A DNA stretch of 64,000 nucleotides from Trichosphaerium sp. ATCC 40318 (Eukaryota; Protista; Tubulinea): positions 1 through 64,000 of the forward strand of contig JALMLS010000605.1 in the NCBI GenBank assembly GCA_038496445.1, in the 5' to 3' direction. Positions 11,101 through 25,444 of this stretch are shown in pieces; the stretch's first letter is position 1, and every line of letters begins with the position of its first letter. The notes below the pieces were generated by a model, which was given only the letters and a program-made list of their open reading frames with translations, was not told the origin of the DNA and did not search any database. The position numbers and the translations under genes are program-made.

Positions 11101-12573
11101 CTTACAAAGAGTCGTTTCAAAACACTAGACTTGTGTGGTACATTTAGGCCAGCGGGATTGATGAAAGCACTTGAGGCGATACTGTCGCGCAAGAAATGTT
11201 CTCATCGGTTGCGCACCTTTTCCCTAGCACACAACAAGATTACATACGAGCCACTCATATCAGCGCTCACGCAACTTATTTCGAGTTGTCGAATGCTAAC
11301 CACAATCGACATGTCAGCCACATCAATAGACATCAATCACTTTGTCAGGGTACGCGCTACATAAACCATCTCCATTTCTGCCTATCCTCTATGACAAAGC
11401 CCTAACATTTTGGGTAGATGGCGTTGATGAATCAGTGTCCATCGCTGGCAAAGCTGAACTTGTCCAGAAACAAGAACAACAGACGGGAATTGTGGCTCGT
11501 ATTGACTCAATATTTAGAACAAGGTACCAAGCATCCCGCCTCACTTGGTTACTCAGCTCAACAGCTAACTCAAATACTTTTAGGACCTCAATCCTTGACA
11601 GAACTGGATATATCACACACTAGCATCCCTCCAGCAGCGCTATCTGAGCTTCTTGCAAAGACACATCCTGATTTGAATCTGACAGTATTTGCAAATGGAA
11701 ACGGCCTGTACGACCCCTTATCGTATATTTATTGCCTTGTATTAAAAAGTTATGCTATCGCTCACTATTTCTATGTAGTGGATTGGCCGGAGCTCAACAA
11801 ATAGCACGCCGAGCACCTGAGATTACTTCTATCACTAGACTAGACTTATCTGATAATGCCTTTGGCGATTTAGGTACGTCACTTGGTTTGCAACAATTCC
11901 CTTTAGGCTCACCATTTATATAAGGGTTGCAACACATCTTCGAAGGCTTGTGGAATAACAACTCAGTAACGGACTTGAATATAAATCAAAACTGGAGCTC
12001 TCAAGGAATGAAAGCAAGACAAGTTGCAATCAAGAATTTGGTGCAACTCATACGGTCAGATAGCTGTGTTCTAGAAAGTTCGTAACATAAACCGTTTTGT
12101 TCGTGTTACTAACCAGTCTTTCCAGCACTGTCGATGACTGGCTCTACAGGCGGCAGACTTAAAGATGCGATTGTTCCATTTCTGGAAGCGCTTGGAGAAA
12201 ATCAAACGATAACGGCTTTGGATATATCGACTCACGCCTTTGGTACTATCATTGAAGCGAAACTTTTTATTGGTTGCAACTAAAAAAAAAATGTCTAGGA
12301 AATAAAGGAGCACTGGCACTCGCGAAATCAATAGAGATAAATTCGAGCCTAACAACCCTAAAATACGACGAAAACAACATTGGCCCGGTTGGTTTTCACA
12401 ACCTGAAGGACTCCTTCAAAATCAACAAGAACTTGCGCCGCGTGGAGCTTCCATTCAGCGATATTGTCAAAGTCATGACAAGCCAAAACGTAGACAAGCC
12501 AGCCATGTCTGAACTATTCACAGGGCTATCGCAAGCAGTAGGTTCAACAAAAAAAGAATATGCTAAATTTTAG
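8174..12573 (+). CDS. RasGAP domain fused to CARMIL-like PH plus leucine-rich-repeat region (multi-exon; 3' end uncertain)
   Basis: MRENCIASK and GGFIMLRYINPAIFSPE..RRNLILITKVLQKLAN (RasGAP signature). RRIVIICMNRV (PH-like), YHSLCDYY..WDLEHLY and AVAYNTYF resemble CARMIL; multiple LxxLDLSxN repeats follow. Confidence 0.8.
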
Positions 12574-12678
12574 GGTTGGGCGGTTCTGGTAAAAAGAAAA
12601 GCCCTTCACAACACCACCCAACGCACTATATTTTTGTATGTATTTCTATGTACATTTTTTATGTAAACTATCAACAAC

Positions 12679-15600
12679 TCACTCTGCTACTGTTTGGGTG
12701 AACGGTGATCCGTTAACGTGCTTGCCGTTTAGCAGGCCTGTAATTCTACGGATAAAAATAAGAAATTTTGTTCTGTGCACAGAAAATCACGTGTTATTTT
12801 TAACTTACGAGTATTGGCCTGGTTTTGCTTTGTATGTTGCTGTATAAGTACCATCTCCGTTATCCAAGACTGCCGTTGGAACAGCGCCAGTCGGACCTTC
12901 TACTGTAATTTCTACCTAGTATTGTTGTCAGTACACTGGCTGGCTTACAGGTTGCATTTTTTTTTTACCTTGTCACCGCCAATTTTTTTATGTTTCTTGC
13001 TCTTGTTTATCGCTTTGATCATAATAGTACAAAGGGTCTCTTCTGAATACCGTATTTTTGATAGCGAAGCAACAGCACCTTCCAAAACAGCTAGAGCAAA
13101 TGGACTAGAATCGATAGCGTTGCTATTGACAGAAACACTTATCTTCCAGTCGCCAGGACCTGTAGGTTGCCAATCCAGCACGTACGATCCATCTCGTTTG
13201 TCGCGAAATTCTAGTTCCTGCACATCGTACGACGGATGTCGTGCTGTCATTTCCACCTCAGGTAATGTCAGTTAAAATGATGGTATTCCGTTTGGTCGAA
13301 CCTTGTCTCCACCAAAGTGCAAGGTGGCTCCATTGAGTGTGTTTGCTATAACGGTGAACCTGTACGATTCGGTATCCAGCAGAGGTTGTGTTGGCATTAC
13401 AAATCTAGATTTTGTGGATGCGCTCGTCACCGTGTTAATTACAATCGTCCCTGCAGCTAGTGGCGTTCCATGCAGCGATAGATTTACACGGTAAAAACCT
13501 GGAGAAGGAGCAAGTGGTGAGTCGCGTTTAGATGATAATAATAAATAATGTCTCATGATAATTTAACAACAGAAAAAAACAAAAACAAAAATTACAAGTG
13601 CAGATGTTGTGTTGGTACCTTCTACAGGAGGGACAACCTCAACACTGTAAGTCCCGTCCTTGTTATCAATTTGTGCAACAGAGACTTCTTCTGTTGTATC
13701 CAGGCTTAAAATTTCTACATTAAATCTGTCGCCACCGGACGTTTGTCGTCTGCCTTCTTTGTAGAATGCTTGGATAGGTATGTTCAATGGAGCGCCAGCG
13801 CGAACAGTAACACTAGCGGGTAAGTCGATAACACATAATTGCGGCTTGGTGTTTGTAATGCGTATTGTTTTTTGACAAACAGTGCGTTTGTAGAATGCTA
13901 TTTCTAGCTTGTAAGGTCCGCTACTACAGAACAATAATTAGCACAATGGATAATAAATTCAGTGGGCGTGTTACCTTTTTGCTTTGTAAGAGGCTTTGTA
14001 GTGCCCAGTCTTTGTGCCAACCTTTTCAATGGTGGCTTGTATCCTTCTGGTTTCCCCAACAAGCAAAACGGAGATGCAAGACACATCTACAGCAACAGGT
14101 ACTTTGTCAGATGTATTAGCGCGGAACGTGATGCTATTCCACATGTCTGTGAAGCCTCCTAGAGTGCTCGAGCTATCAACTTTACAAAACACGCCAGAGA
14201 CATCTACAACTTCAAAGTCGGTTGTGTGCAAATCTGTGCCGTGAGAGTTGACCACAAACTATCGAGAAAAATAAGGATGGATTCTGTTAAGCATACAAAA
14301 CAAATATTGCGTGGCTTCCCGCTATATGGGTTGCAACTGGGCTGTAACGTACCTGGTGAGCCCCGATTTCTTCTGGTTGCCATTTTATACAATATGTCGC
14401 GTCTTCATTGTCAATTAATATTGGCACGTGCTCATTGAAATCTGGATCAAGTATTTTCACGACAAACGGATAGCCTGAACGCGAAAATGGTTTGTTGTCC
14501 TTGTCCAAAGTGGAGAATGTGAACGTCATTGGCTCTCCTGAAACAACGGCCTTGAAACCTTGCATGTCAATATTAATGACATCTGGTTGTTTCAGAACGC
14601 GTAATCTAAGCGAAGGTGACTTGATGTTGTAGTCTTTCACATCTAGCCGCAGTACAAATGTACCTGGCTTCAACGTAGAGAACGTTAAACAGAACAAATG
14701 TGGTGCGCCAGCGTCTGTAGGTTAAAGACTTAGTTAGAGACATGTGCGTCGTTCGTATAAGTGCGTACTAATAACGCCAGGCTGTATAATTTCTGGACCG
14801 TCAATGAGTGTGGAGATATGCGACAAGGGTGGCGCAAAGAGCAAGCCATGACCATCTTTAAATCAAAAAAGGTAAGTGTTTTGAAATCGCACGTGAGCAA
14901 TGATCGTTTTGCCGACGTACCGACGAGTTTAAAGTCAACAGTAATGGCAGTGCCTGTGTAGCCATTGCGTAGGACTGAAGGACCCCACATGACTGCCAAG
15001 TACTCACCCTTAAGCAAAGGAACAATCTTGGATGCATTGCCCACTGTCATGTTCCGCCGGCGTCCTGGGGATCTAGATCGCCCATCAACAGAAAAGTCCC
15101 TCGGCGACTCACCACCCAGGGACATGCTACGCCTTACACGTCTTGATGGAGACTTGGTTATCATTTTAAAAAATTCGCTTGCTTTGCTCTTAGACCGTTT
15201 GGACTTGGCGCGTTTGGTTCCCTTTGGAGGACTTTCAGCGCTATCTGCAAACGCCATGACACCCTTTCGTGGATTTTTGACACGTTGTTTTGGGCGTTTT
15301 TCCTTCTCTGGAGGTACCCTTTTGCCGGTATTTCGTTTCTCCTTCTTCTTGCTCAATTCTTGACGCTTTCCTCGCTTTTTTTCTTTACTAGTTTTCTTGG
15401 TGCGTTCCAAACTCATGCTATCGCGTGCTTTCATCTTAAACTCGGTTGGCTTTGGGGTATACTCTCTTACCTGTATCTCCAGTTAAAAACAAAAAGAAAA
15501 GATAAAAATACTCAAGAGGTGTGGGCTCAATGTTAGTGTACACCTTTGCGTACCAACTTTCTGGCATCTTTTTTGTTTTGCTCTTCAGTGTTATCGGTCT

Positions 15601-18600
15601 CCTAGGCACAATGTCAGCTCAACACACGATTATCGCTGAAACGCCCAAAAAGTGTGAGGCAGGCATCAAACACGTGCCGTTACTATAACGAGTTCATCTG
15701 GGTCCTCGTTACCAATACTATCAAGAAGGTCATTGGTAGCATCACTTGTAGCAGTCTGTTCGACAAGCTCGTTTATTTTTTTGCCCATAGTGACCTTGGC
15801 GTAGAACGGGCTATTTTGAATTGGCGAGTCGAACAGGTTGATGGCTATGCGATGCAAGCCAATCACCTCTGGTACATAAGTAACATGGTATGTTCCATCC
15901 TTGACGTCTTCAATGAAGGTGTCAATTTGGTCATCATTTGGATCTATGCATTTAACGTTTATCCAATCGTTGCCTGTTGTTCGTGCACCAGACTACACCG
16001 CAAGTCAGTAAAACTTTTGTAGGCTACTATTGCCACAATCAAGGGGTACAACGTACAGCTGTTCTAGCATTAACTACAAACTCAGCTTGCTTGTGTACAA
16101 TGGCACGTGATAGACCATCGCCTTCCGCAGTGCATTGGCGTGCATTTGCAGCTTCTTGGACAGTAAATTGTTTTAGATCGTGCGTAATCGCATCGCCCAT
16201 CCACTTTAAGTTGAGAGAGTGCTTGCCATGCTTAGTAGGCGTGTACATCAACTCAAAATTAGATCGCTTATTAGAAGCAAAAGTCTTGAGGAAAGCAACA
16301 AGCCCAGTTGGTTTGTTATCACTGTCCACAAACTCAACTTGAAGGTGTTTTTCATCAATATCGTAAGGCTTAACATTCGCATCAACAACAGTGATGGTGA
16401 GTATCACAGGAAAGCACACAATTAGCTGATCAAAATTCTCCTGCGAGACTTTACACCTAAATCAGATAGCGTTAAGAAAACAAACGGGGAAAACGAGAAG
16501 GAGGTCGTACGTAATTTCTGCGCATTTAGCAATGTTGATAGTGCGAGGGAAACCGGTAATTGGTTCACTTAGCACTTTTACACAGATCTCGTGCTTTCCA
16601 GATTCCGTTGGCGTGTAGTCTACGGTAAAGGTGTTGTCATTGTTGTTTGTAGTGATGACATCTAACTTGTTGCCAGTGTCGCAACTAATGATGGATACAT
16701 CATATGGGTTGTAACCCTTTAACACATCCCCATTCACATTGCTGTATGTGATTGTAAATGTAGACATTTCCTTAGCCTTTCCACAGAGTAACCTTGGGAC
16801 AAAGCGTTAATCCAACTAAAAAAAAAGAAGTTGTTATGTTAAATTCTCACCCGTCTCCTTTGACTGACGTTTTCGAGTTATCCACAACAAGTGCATTACG
16901 TATGAATGCTTTAAACGGGCTGCCTTCTATATGTTTGCCGTATACTTTTACTTCTATCACGTGTGTGCCTTTCTTTTTTGGCATGTAAGCGACGGCATAC
17001 GACCCGTCCTTATTGTTGTGTATATGCGCTGGCACATCTGTATTCTGCTCTTTGTTGGTTATGCATACAGAAATGAGATCTTTCTCGGTAGTAACATAAT
17101 TCTGCCCTGTTTTATCACGTAAAGTTACAACAAACTTTGCTGCCTTGCGTAATTGCCCTTCTGTTATGCCAGAGCCTATTTTATTGGTTAGTGGACAGTG
17201 TCACTAGCCCTTATGTTACAGTACCTCCTGCAACAGTATGACTGACATCAGGTGCTGATTCAATCTCACCGACCAAAGGCTCAGTCAAGATGGGCTTGCC
17301 AAACAGTAGTACGTTCACACTGTACTGACCAGGTTCTTTGGGCCATATAGTAACGCAATAATAGCTATACAAAGCAGAGATTAGCAAACAAAGAGAGCAA
17401 GGCAACCTTCCACATTTTCAAAAAAAAAATAGCAACGTACGATTTGCCTTTCAAAGCAACGTCACTTCGGGGCTTTGGATCGGGACCTTGTACTTCCACA
17501 CGGAGGAGTTCAGCGGCTATCAATTATGAATATAACGAAAACGATACAATTACAATCACAATGTGGACATACGTATACGGTTAAATGGCTCTTCAGCGCC
17601 ACCAATGTCTAACACCATGTCGAAGCAAAATTTACCTTCACCAACAGGTCCTACAGTTGTAATGTTAAGTCCACGTCCACATGTAGAGTGTTGCTACTTA
17701 CCAACTCTAGACCAAGTCTGGTTGCGCACGCTCTGCACAGCGCAGTCAGGTGCTATTAAAAATTGTGCAGTGTAACCATTTGCGAGCCCGTCCTTTGGTT
17801 GTATAACGTCGTTGTTCAAGAATACTTTAAATCGGTAATAGCCTGGATAATCCGGCAGGAACGTCACGGTATACGTGCCATCTGTATTATCCCGCAATGG
17901 AGATTCTACATCACCTTCTGGTCCTTCGGCAATTACATTTATGGCGTCACCCCCGAATGTACGCCGGTGGCCAGTCTTGTCCTTGGCAACTATCGTTAGA
18001 TTACATGGAGCACCTATGCGTGGATCATCCAAGTCTAAAATCTCAGAACAACTTGCATTCGCTTCCAACTCAACCTACAAGCCAGGAACCGTAAGTTATT
18101 TGAATCAAACAGAGTACACAAAAGGAAAAAGGACGCACTTGAGTTTTGAGTGGTTTGGTTAGGATCGGGTTTCCAAATAATGAGATGCCGACCAGGTACT
18201 TGCCAACATGTTGTGGTAGCCATGATATTTTATACACGCCCCTCCCAGTGTCTGTTATTTTATTTGTTACTTTGCCCGAAGGTCCCATTATCTCAACGCG
18301 AATTGCATCGGTATCTATCCGTAGAGGATATTTTTTCCTGTTAGATTTTTGTACGCACAAAGAAAACGCCATCACAGACCCTACTATCCCGCCTTTGCTC
18401 GACCAACCTTTCAAGACACAGTGCATGTTTGAAGGAGCAATCAGTGGAGAAAATGGTGAACTACCTGGAGAAGGCTTAGTTCACATTTCTTGGTAGAAGC
18501 ACAATTCCGCGGGTACAAGATTATTATTATAACTACGTACTTATTGCTTTGTCTTGTATCTTGATAATGATTTTATGTCGCCCATGAACATTAGGTACAT

Positions 18601-21039
18601 ACACAACGCCATAGGACCCTAAAACAAAACCAATGGCGTCAGAGAGGGATCATTGACATTAAACTTGCCATTCTGATTGTCTAAAGCTTCCAAAAGTCTG
18701 GTGCCACCATCAGGAGCATGTAGTTCCACATCGAAATCGTGACCACCACTCGTGATGTCCTCATTCTGAGCATCCCTCGCTGTTATCTTAAAAGAAGCTG
18801 CTTCACCAACTGTCCCAGTCTCTATAGAGAAATTGTGTTTTAGAATTTTGTTACTGTACACAACAAAAAATTGTTTATCTGCTTCAGCAGCAATGAAAAA
18901 TGCTATAAACACTGTACCAATACCAGGGCCTTCAGCAATACAATTTATTGCAGAGGCAGGAATAGACGAAGCTCGCGGTGTTGACATTTCGGAACTAGAT
19001 GTATCGGCGTCGTCGATGAAGGTGACTGGCGTTGGATGCTCGTAAATAACAATGCCTGGAGTGTAATTAGCCAATACATTTTGAGTGCACTAGATATACC
19101 TGATAAGAAGACTTTTATGGAATAGTCCCCACTTATCCTTGGTGTTTTGTATTGTACTTGGATTTTACCATCAGGTAACTCTCCAATTGATGTGTTAATT
19201 TGGGAGTTTGGAGAAATCAGTACGATTGACACGTTCTAATCTTCTTGTTAGGACTTGCATGGGTTTGCGTTATTATTGTCTTTCTTTTGGTAGATCACCA
19301 AATGATATAGCATCGTACCTCTATCTTTACATCCACTTTGGATCTGGGGTACCGCATTTCAACAACAAACTGGTGATCTGTCACTATACTCGTTCTTCCG
19401 CCAGCTTCCTTGCCAACAGAGACTTTACATTTGATATCTAAGGATGGCACTGATTTCCTTTTGTTGTTTTCACCTAAAGATTATCAAAAAAACCATTGTT
19501 CTGCTTACCACTACAAACCTTCGTAAACAAAAAGAATCTCCCTGTTAACGAGAATGGGATGATCTTGCAAAGTGACAGTCAACTACAGTCAGTATAAGTA
19601 AGTTTTGCTGTAAGAATATTTGATTCCGCTGGTCACCTTGTACACTCCAGGTGTCAAAGGGGTGTATTGAATCTCGTATTTCCCCACTTCAATTTCGTCT
19701 ATCATAGATTCAATTGTGTTGTCGTTTGGACCAATGACTGTTACGCCAATACTCTCACGTGGAATTTCTCTGGGAGAGTCCTTTTGACTCTTCAACTTCA
19801 TAAAAAATTTTACAGTTTCCCCAGCAGTACCGCCACGTAATCCCTTCCCGTGAAGTCTACACTTGACAGGTTCGGGCCTTGGAGATTCCATATATAAGCT
19901 ATCTTCATCCTAAAGTAATGCCCAAATTTGTAAGACAAAAATAAAGGAGGAATCAACCACACAAGGCACAGCAATGTAGTAGGAACAAAAAAAAGAAGAA
20001 TAAAGTTCTTTAAAAAAATACGCGAGTCGTACAGTGTCACTAGAATCGCTATGAAATCCTCTCTCTCTGAATACGCACTCAAAAAAACCAACGTAGGTCA
20101 TTATAGAGTGTTTATCTGGACGCTCAATAAAATCTGCAGGTGACAATATCTGTGGTATTGAGTACTGCGCTTCGGCTACATGCAAGGCTCGTTTAATGTC
20201 CTTATGTGGATCATCTGTTAGTACACTCAACGCTATTTGCCCAGGCGATAACGAATCAACTAAGGCACACAGCGCTCGACCAGAACTCCAGCTACGATGA
20301 AAACGTCATTTTTTACCATACGTTAAACACAAAAAGCTCAATGTGTTGTGACGTACTCTGTTGTAAAGTTTCTGGGACGAATACCGTAAGCATTAAGCTT
20401 TGACACTACCCAACTAACAAAACAAAATTAATACTACGTGTTGATCACGTCACAGCGCTACGTGCTTTCTGAGTTCGTTTTCTGGAGCGTCTCTGTCGGA
20501 AAAGTGGTAATGTGAAATTATTCTCCAAAGAAGCGTGAGAATGGTATTAACCGAGCCTCCCGCTATTTTTTTTGCGCTTATATCCGATTCTAGTATTATG
20601 CCTTGTCCCACGCATAGTTTCAATGCCTTCAAAAAAACATGAGTATTGCTTTTTAGGCTGTAAAACGTGTACGCACCAATTTACAATTTGATACACGCTC
20701 GTTTAGATTTTTTGGCTTGGTAGTGAACACGCTAAATTCGGTAAACAATCGCATAACGCGTGCCTTTGCTACTCACCTCGATAGCGGTTCATTTGAGAAC
20801 ATTACAAGTAACTGACATAGGGCTACACCATCTTTTATCTCTCCGATGTCTCCAACGTGTTGTTTATGTGCGCCAAGCTTGTTGTTAACCCACGCCACAA
20901 ATGCCTTGGCCAGTGAGAATAGAAAACTACTAAACGCACATAATAGGCGCACGCAACGTACCTTAGCGCGTGAGTTCTGATACACAACACGGAGTGAGCC
21001 TATACTGTCTGTAGCATCAAGTAGGTCCGACTCCGCCAT
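12679..21039 (-). CDS. Filamin-like actin cross-linker: tandem CH domains plus about 15-16 filamin Ig repeats and a basic Ser/Arg insert
   Basis: FVAWVNNKL..IKDGVALCQLL; ILTLLWRIISHY; PDKHSIMTYV (CH2). Repeated GGDxFxV..DNxDGTYxVxYxPxxxG..I.GSPF motifs. Confidence 0.85.
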
Positions 21040-21487
21040 TTTCCAATTATACACAACTTATAGCATCCAACCGTTGGCGTAATGATAAAAGGCAAGTAAT
21101 GCAATAAATGATTGTTGAAAGTAGTGGACTTGTTTGACACAGCTGGACCTACACAACAGGATGGTAACCACCCTTGTAACGGATACACCTATCAGAGACC
21201 AGCTACAATACACAACAACGTCTTACCTTTACAAAACTTATATTCTGTCCCTTTCAGCTCTGGATTTGAGCTCTACCTCATTATCTCGTGTCAGTAGCAT
21301 TTTCCGAACGTAAGATAATGTTGTGTTGGTTGCTTTACCTTATTTCCTTTCTGGTGCAAGAGTTTAAAACTACGCCATAAAGTGAATACTGGCCAATAGC
21401 CACTCAACATATTCTTTTGACGCACTTAATCTGTAGCCATTTATTTGAAAACTCGTTCGTGGTTACAGCTAATACAAACATCTAAAA

Positions 21488-22691
21488 TGCTACGCAATAA
21501 AACCACCTCATTCGTGGGATTACGTAAGGAGCAACGTGAGCTAGAATTAACTCTATTACAACAAAAGGCTGCTGTATTAAAAAAGGTGCGTCCTATAGCT
21601 CTTATTACCAGTATTAACGTAAGTTGTAGATCAAACGGCGCGCTGGGTGCTGTTCAACGTGTGGTAGCAAACGGCGTTTATTTACATGGCAAGACAACAT
21701 GGTGGAGTGCATTGCGTGTCAAAAACCAGTAAGTGCATAAATAGACGGAGTTAAAAATCTCACGTGCCTGTAGGTTTGTCGCAATTGCTTGGTAGAATCG
21801 ATAGATCAACGCAGAATGTGTGAGATGTGCGCCTTGGAGATGAGGCTCGACAAATCTTGTTTGGCCGTTAAATTAAACCACCAAGACAATCAATTCTTAA
21901 CCCGATACACGCAAGCTAAGGAAGAGCAGTCGGAGCTAGAAAAGCTGCTTCATGATATTCGCACATGCTTGGAAAGCACTACGTCACTGGAGCATGCGTC
22001 ACGGCTAGTTAGGTTTGCTTTTGACCTTATAAAATCGCTGCAACAATTTGCGATGTTTGCAGACCGTTTCTACAAGACCCCTCAGAAACAAAGGCTCGGT
22101 AAACGTGTGGCACGCACGTTCAGAGTGTATTTACAAACGAGTGCTCCGCAGCTAAAACTCTTGAGTAATGTACGTAAACAACACTCTACTATTGCAGTAC
22201 TAATGTTGCTTTAGCGTGTGTACAGTGCGCACTTGTCCTCGGCAATAGAAGCTTTCAAGCAAGTTAAAGATATTTGGAACATTATTTCAGAATCGGACGC
22301 TGCTTCTCGCTATTTTTCAGTCTTCCTAGACGCCTCTAAAAGTTTAAGGTAGCCCCACCATACTATTTATTGTACATAAATGTTAAAACTATCTAGTTTG
22401 GCAATAACTGCAATACCTGGCAACACTCAAGAAACAAGGGCATTGCTCAAGTGGAAGCCTACTCTTCCTGATATATTAAGTAGCTCTGAAGGCTTTGCAT
22501 GCGGTCGTATAGAAGGCAGAGCTTTGAGAGACGCCCTTACTCACTTGTCGCGATTAGAAGAACAGCTAAATAAACAAATTGGAAAAAGAAGAAAGCACGG
22601 AGTCACATCAAACGTACAACATTGTGTAGAATGTCTGCGAGCCATATTGGAGCAGGACCTGCAAAAACACTGCTTCCTGGGTGATATGTAA
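21488..22691 (+). CDS. FYVE-like zinc-finger / coiled-coil protein (start uncertain)
   Basis: Spliced translation CCSTC..ECIACQKP|VCRNC..MCEMC gives four CxxC pairs, followed by helical/coiled-coil exons. Confidence 0.55.
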
Positions 22692-22828
22692 TAAGCAACC
22701 GTGTAAAAAAACATGTAAATGCACGTGAGAATAACACGCGTGTAACTAAATTGTAAAAACTAGAAAACTCGAATTTTTCAATCAAATTTTTTTCACTGTC
22801 CGGTAAACTCACCCTGTTGTCCCGTTAA

Positions 22829-25444
22829 ATGCATAGGCGATTTTGCACGTTACATAGAGCTAATACGTGCCTTGTACGCGCTTCACGTGTCAAACAGCGT
22901 TCAAACAGTTCTTCTACGCGTAATACGACTGCCAGAGCACACGTTCGCAATTTTGGCACAGGAAGAGTTATACAAATCGCGGATACGACGTCTTGGGGTT
23001 ATCGCCTCGTCTGTGCTGGCTTAGGGAGTGGTCTTGTTCTGTTGTTGTCTCAGTTGTTTGCCAACGACTCTATTACAGAGGCAAAGGGATTTGAGCGCGG
23101 ATTAGGCAAGCATTAGTAAGTATTATGATGTTAACCATATTTTAGCTGTTGACGACGCTCTTACAAGCGCAGCTCGCGAAGGTTCGTTCCTACGGATATT
23201 GTAAAGGATTTCACACCTACCAGGCAATGTAAATAGATTGGTGTCATTGTGCAAGACGTACGGTATTTCACCACAAGAAGCAGCTCAGCTGGTACGTCAT
23301 TACCAAGTCGGCGTTTACTAATGAACAGCGTCACCCATTTGGATGGACTTTGTTGCATGTAGCGGCAATCAACAACAATGTATCAGTGGCGACGTGGCTC
23401 ATTGAGAACGGTATCAAGTCATTCTTGCTCCATTCGATTGACGCGTCTAGGCGCTCAGGTTGACGTTGGCGATTACTACAGGTATTGTAGAATCCTCGAT
23501 TTCCTTGCACCTGTCATGACTCATTTGTGTATAGTGCGCGACAGTACACAAACACAGGCGTGTCTTTGGACGTGCTGATGAATTCTCGTGCAAACATCAC
23601 GACACATTATAATCTCAACCCCAAAATTTCTTGTTCAGGGTTCGTACAATACTACATGTTATTACAATATAGTGGCAGACCTTTAATATACGTTTTCCAG
23701 ATGGACTCCACTCCATTACGCCTGTTGTTTCGCGCATGTATCGATGGTATCTCTTCTTTTAAGTCATGGTGCGGATGAAACAGTGCAAAATAAAAAGTAC
23801 GTTGTGAAACAAAAAACACGTGTTGAAAAACGGTCCCCTCTAATCGTGTGTTGCTAAAAAAGAGGACGGAATCCATTGTACTACGTGGAAGAAACAAGTA
23901 GACCTGAGATTGAAGACGCCGTGGCAAAGGCAAAGACCATAGGAAAGCTAAGAATCCAGCGTGAGAAGCGGAGACAGAGACGAGAGAATCCTCTTGAAGA
24001 TAAACTAATGAAAGAAATGGCATGTGTCATTACTCACTCGTCAGAAATGCACGACTGTGTACTAACACGTCATTGCAGCTTGGACAAAGACTAGCGATTT
24101 ATAGTGTTTCTTCAGCAATACGACGAAAACAAAATGGATGGACTGATGGAAAGCCACAAGTGTTCCTCTTTCTAGGATCTTCTGGCGTTGGTAAAACGTA
24201 CGTGCATGACAATTAGTCTGTTAACATGTATTAACTCTATTTGGTAAAGCATGCTAGCAAAGCAACTTGCAAAACACGTCTATGATGATCCAAATGCATT
24301 TATTCGGTTTGATATGTCTGAGTGCGTCGATTAGTTTTGCATTTATGCTGTTGCAGTAGTTTGCGATTCTGATTTCTAAACGACAACACCAAGGTATATG
24401 GAACGACACGAGGTTGCAAAATTTATAGGGTCTCCACCAGGTTACGTTGGGTACCAAGAAGGAGGACAACTGACTGAGCAGCTGCAAAAAAACCCGGCAG
24501 CTATCGTACTCTTCGATGAAATTGAGAAAGCACATCCAGACGTCCTTACGATTATGCTCCAGTTGTTCGATGAAGGCCGACTCACGGATGGTACTATTCT
24601 ATCAAGCGTCAGTGGTGTATTAATAGGTTGTTACAAGGGAGAGGAAACACCATCGATTGCTCTGAAGCTACGTTTATCATGACATCAAATGTCGTTCAGG
24701 AGGAAATAAGAGAAACGGGTTATCAAATTCGTTCCTTCCACGACACGGACCTACCTCAAGTGCAAGATGAAACGCAAAAGTACAACTTTTTGCAACTGAA
24801 CTCTCTGCTAACGAGTGATTTTGTGGTAGGTTTCTATCAAAGGTTGTGATGCCAGTACTTCGATCACACTTTAAGCGAGATGAATGGCTAGGGCGCATTA
24901 ATGACGTTCTCATTTTCGTATCCTGTTTTAACTTACGGGCTACCACCCCCGCTATTACATTGCAGTGTTTTTTGTTTTTTTTTTTTGCCTTGACACAGTG
25001 ACACAGCACACATTTACTGCTGAAGACGTAGAAGGGATAGCTGAAATGGAGTTGGGACGGTGGCAAGATCTCGCCAAAAACAGACATGCTATAGATTTAG
25101 AGTGGCAGCATGATGTTGTACGACACCTCGCTGCAACTTACAACGATAAGTTCGGTTTTCGTTCTGTAAAATATGAAGTAGAGCGGCAAGTTGTAAACTT
25201 ATTGGGTGCGCCACCTGTTTTTTTATCAACTCAAAAATAGGCGTATAAAAATTCTCCAACTCAAATCCTACATCTCATGTACAACGCTCCGCTGCACACG
25301 TCTCACGCACTTCTAGCTAAAGCACAAGAAAACGAAGAAATTGGAGAGGGTACCAAAGTGTCACTAGCGGTTATAGACGGCAGAATAGCGATAGACAAAG
25401 TACTGCAATCCAAGGCTCACTCAACTGGATTTTCGTTCTTCTAA
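22829..25444 (+). CDS. CLPB: Mitochondrial ankyrin-repeat AAA+ disaggregase, Skd3/CLPB type
   Basis: Arg-rich presequence plus hydrophobic segment; ankyrin [13 protein letters not shown]; a single ClpB NBD2-type ATPase: [71 protein letters not shown]. Confidence 0.9.
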
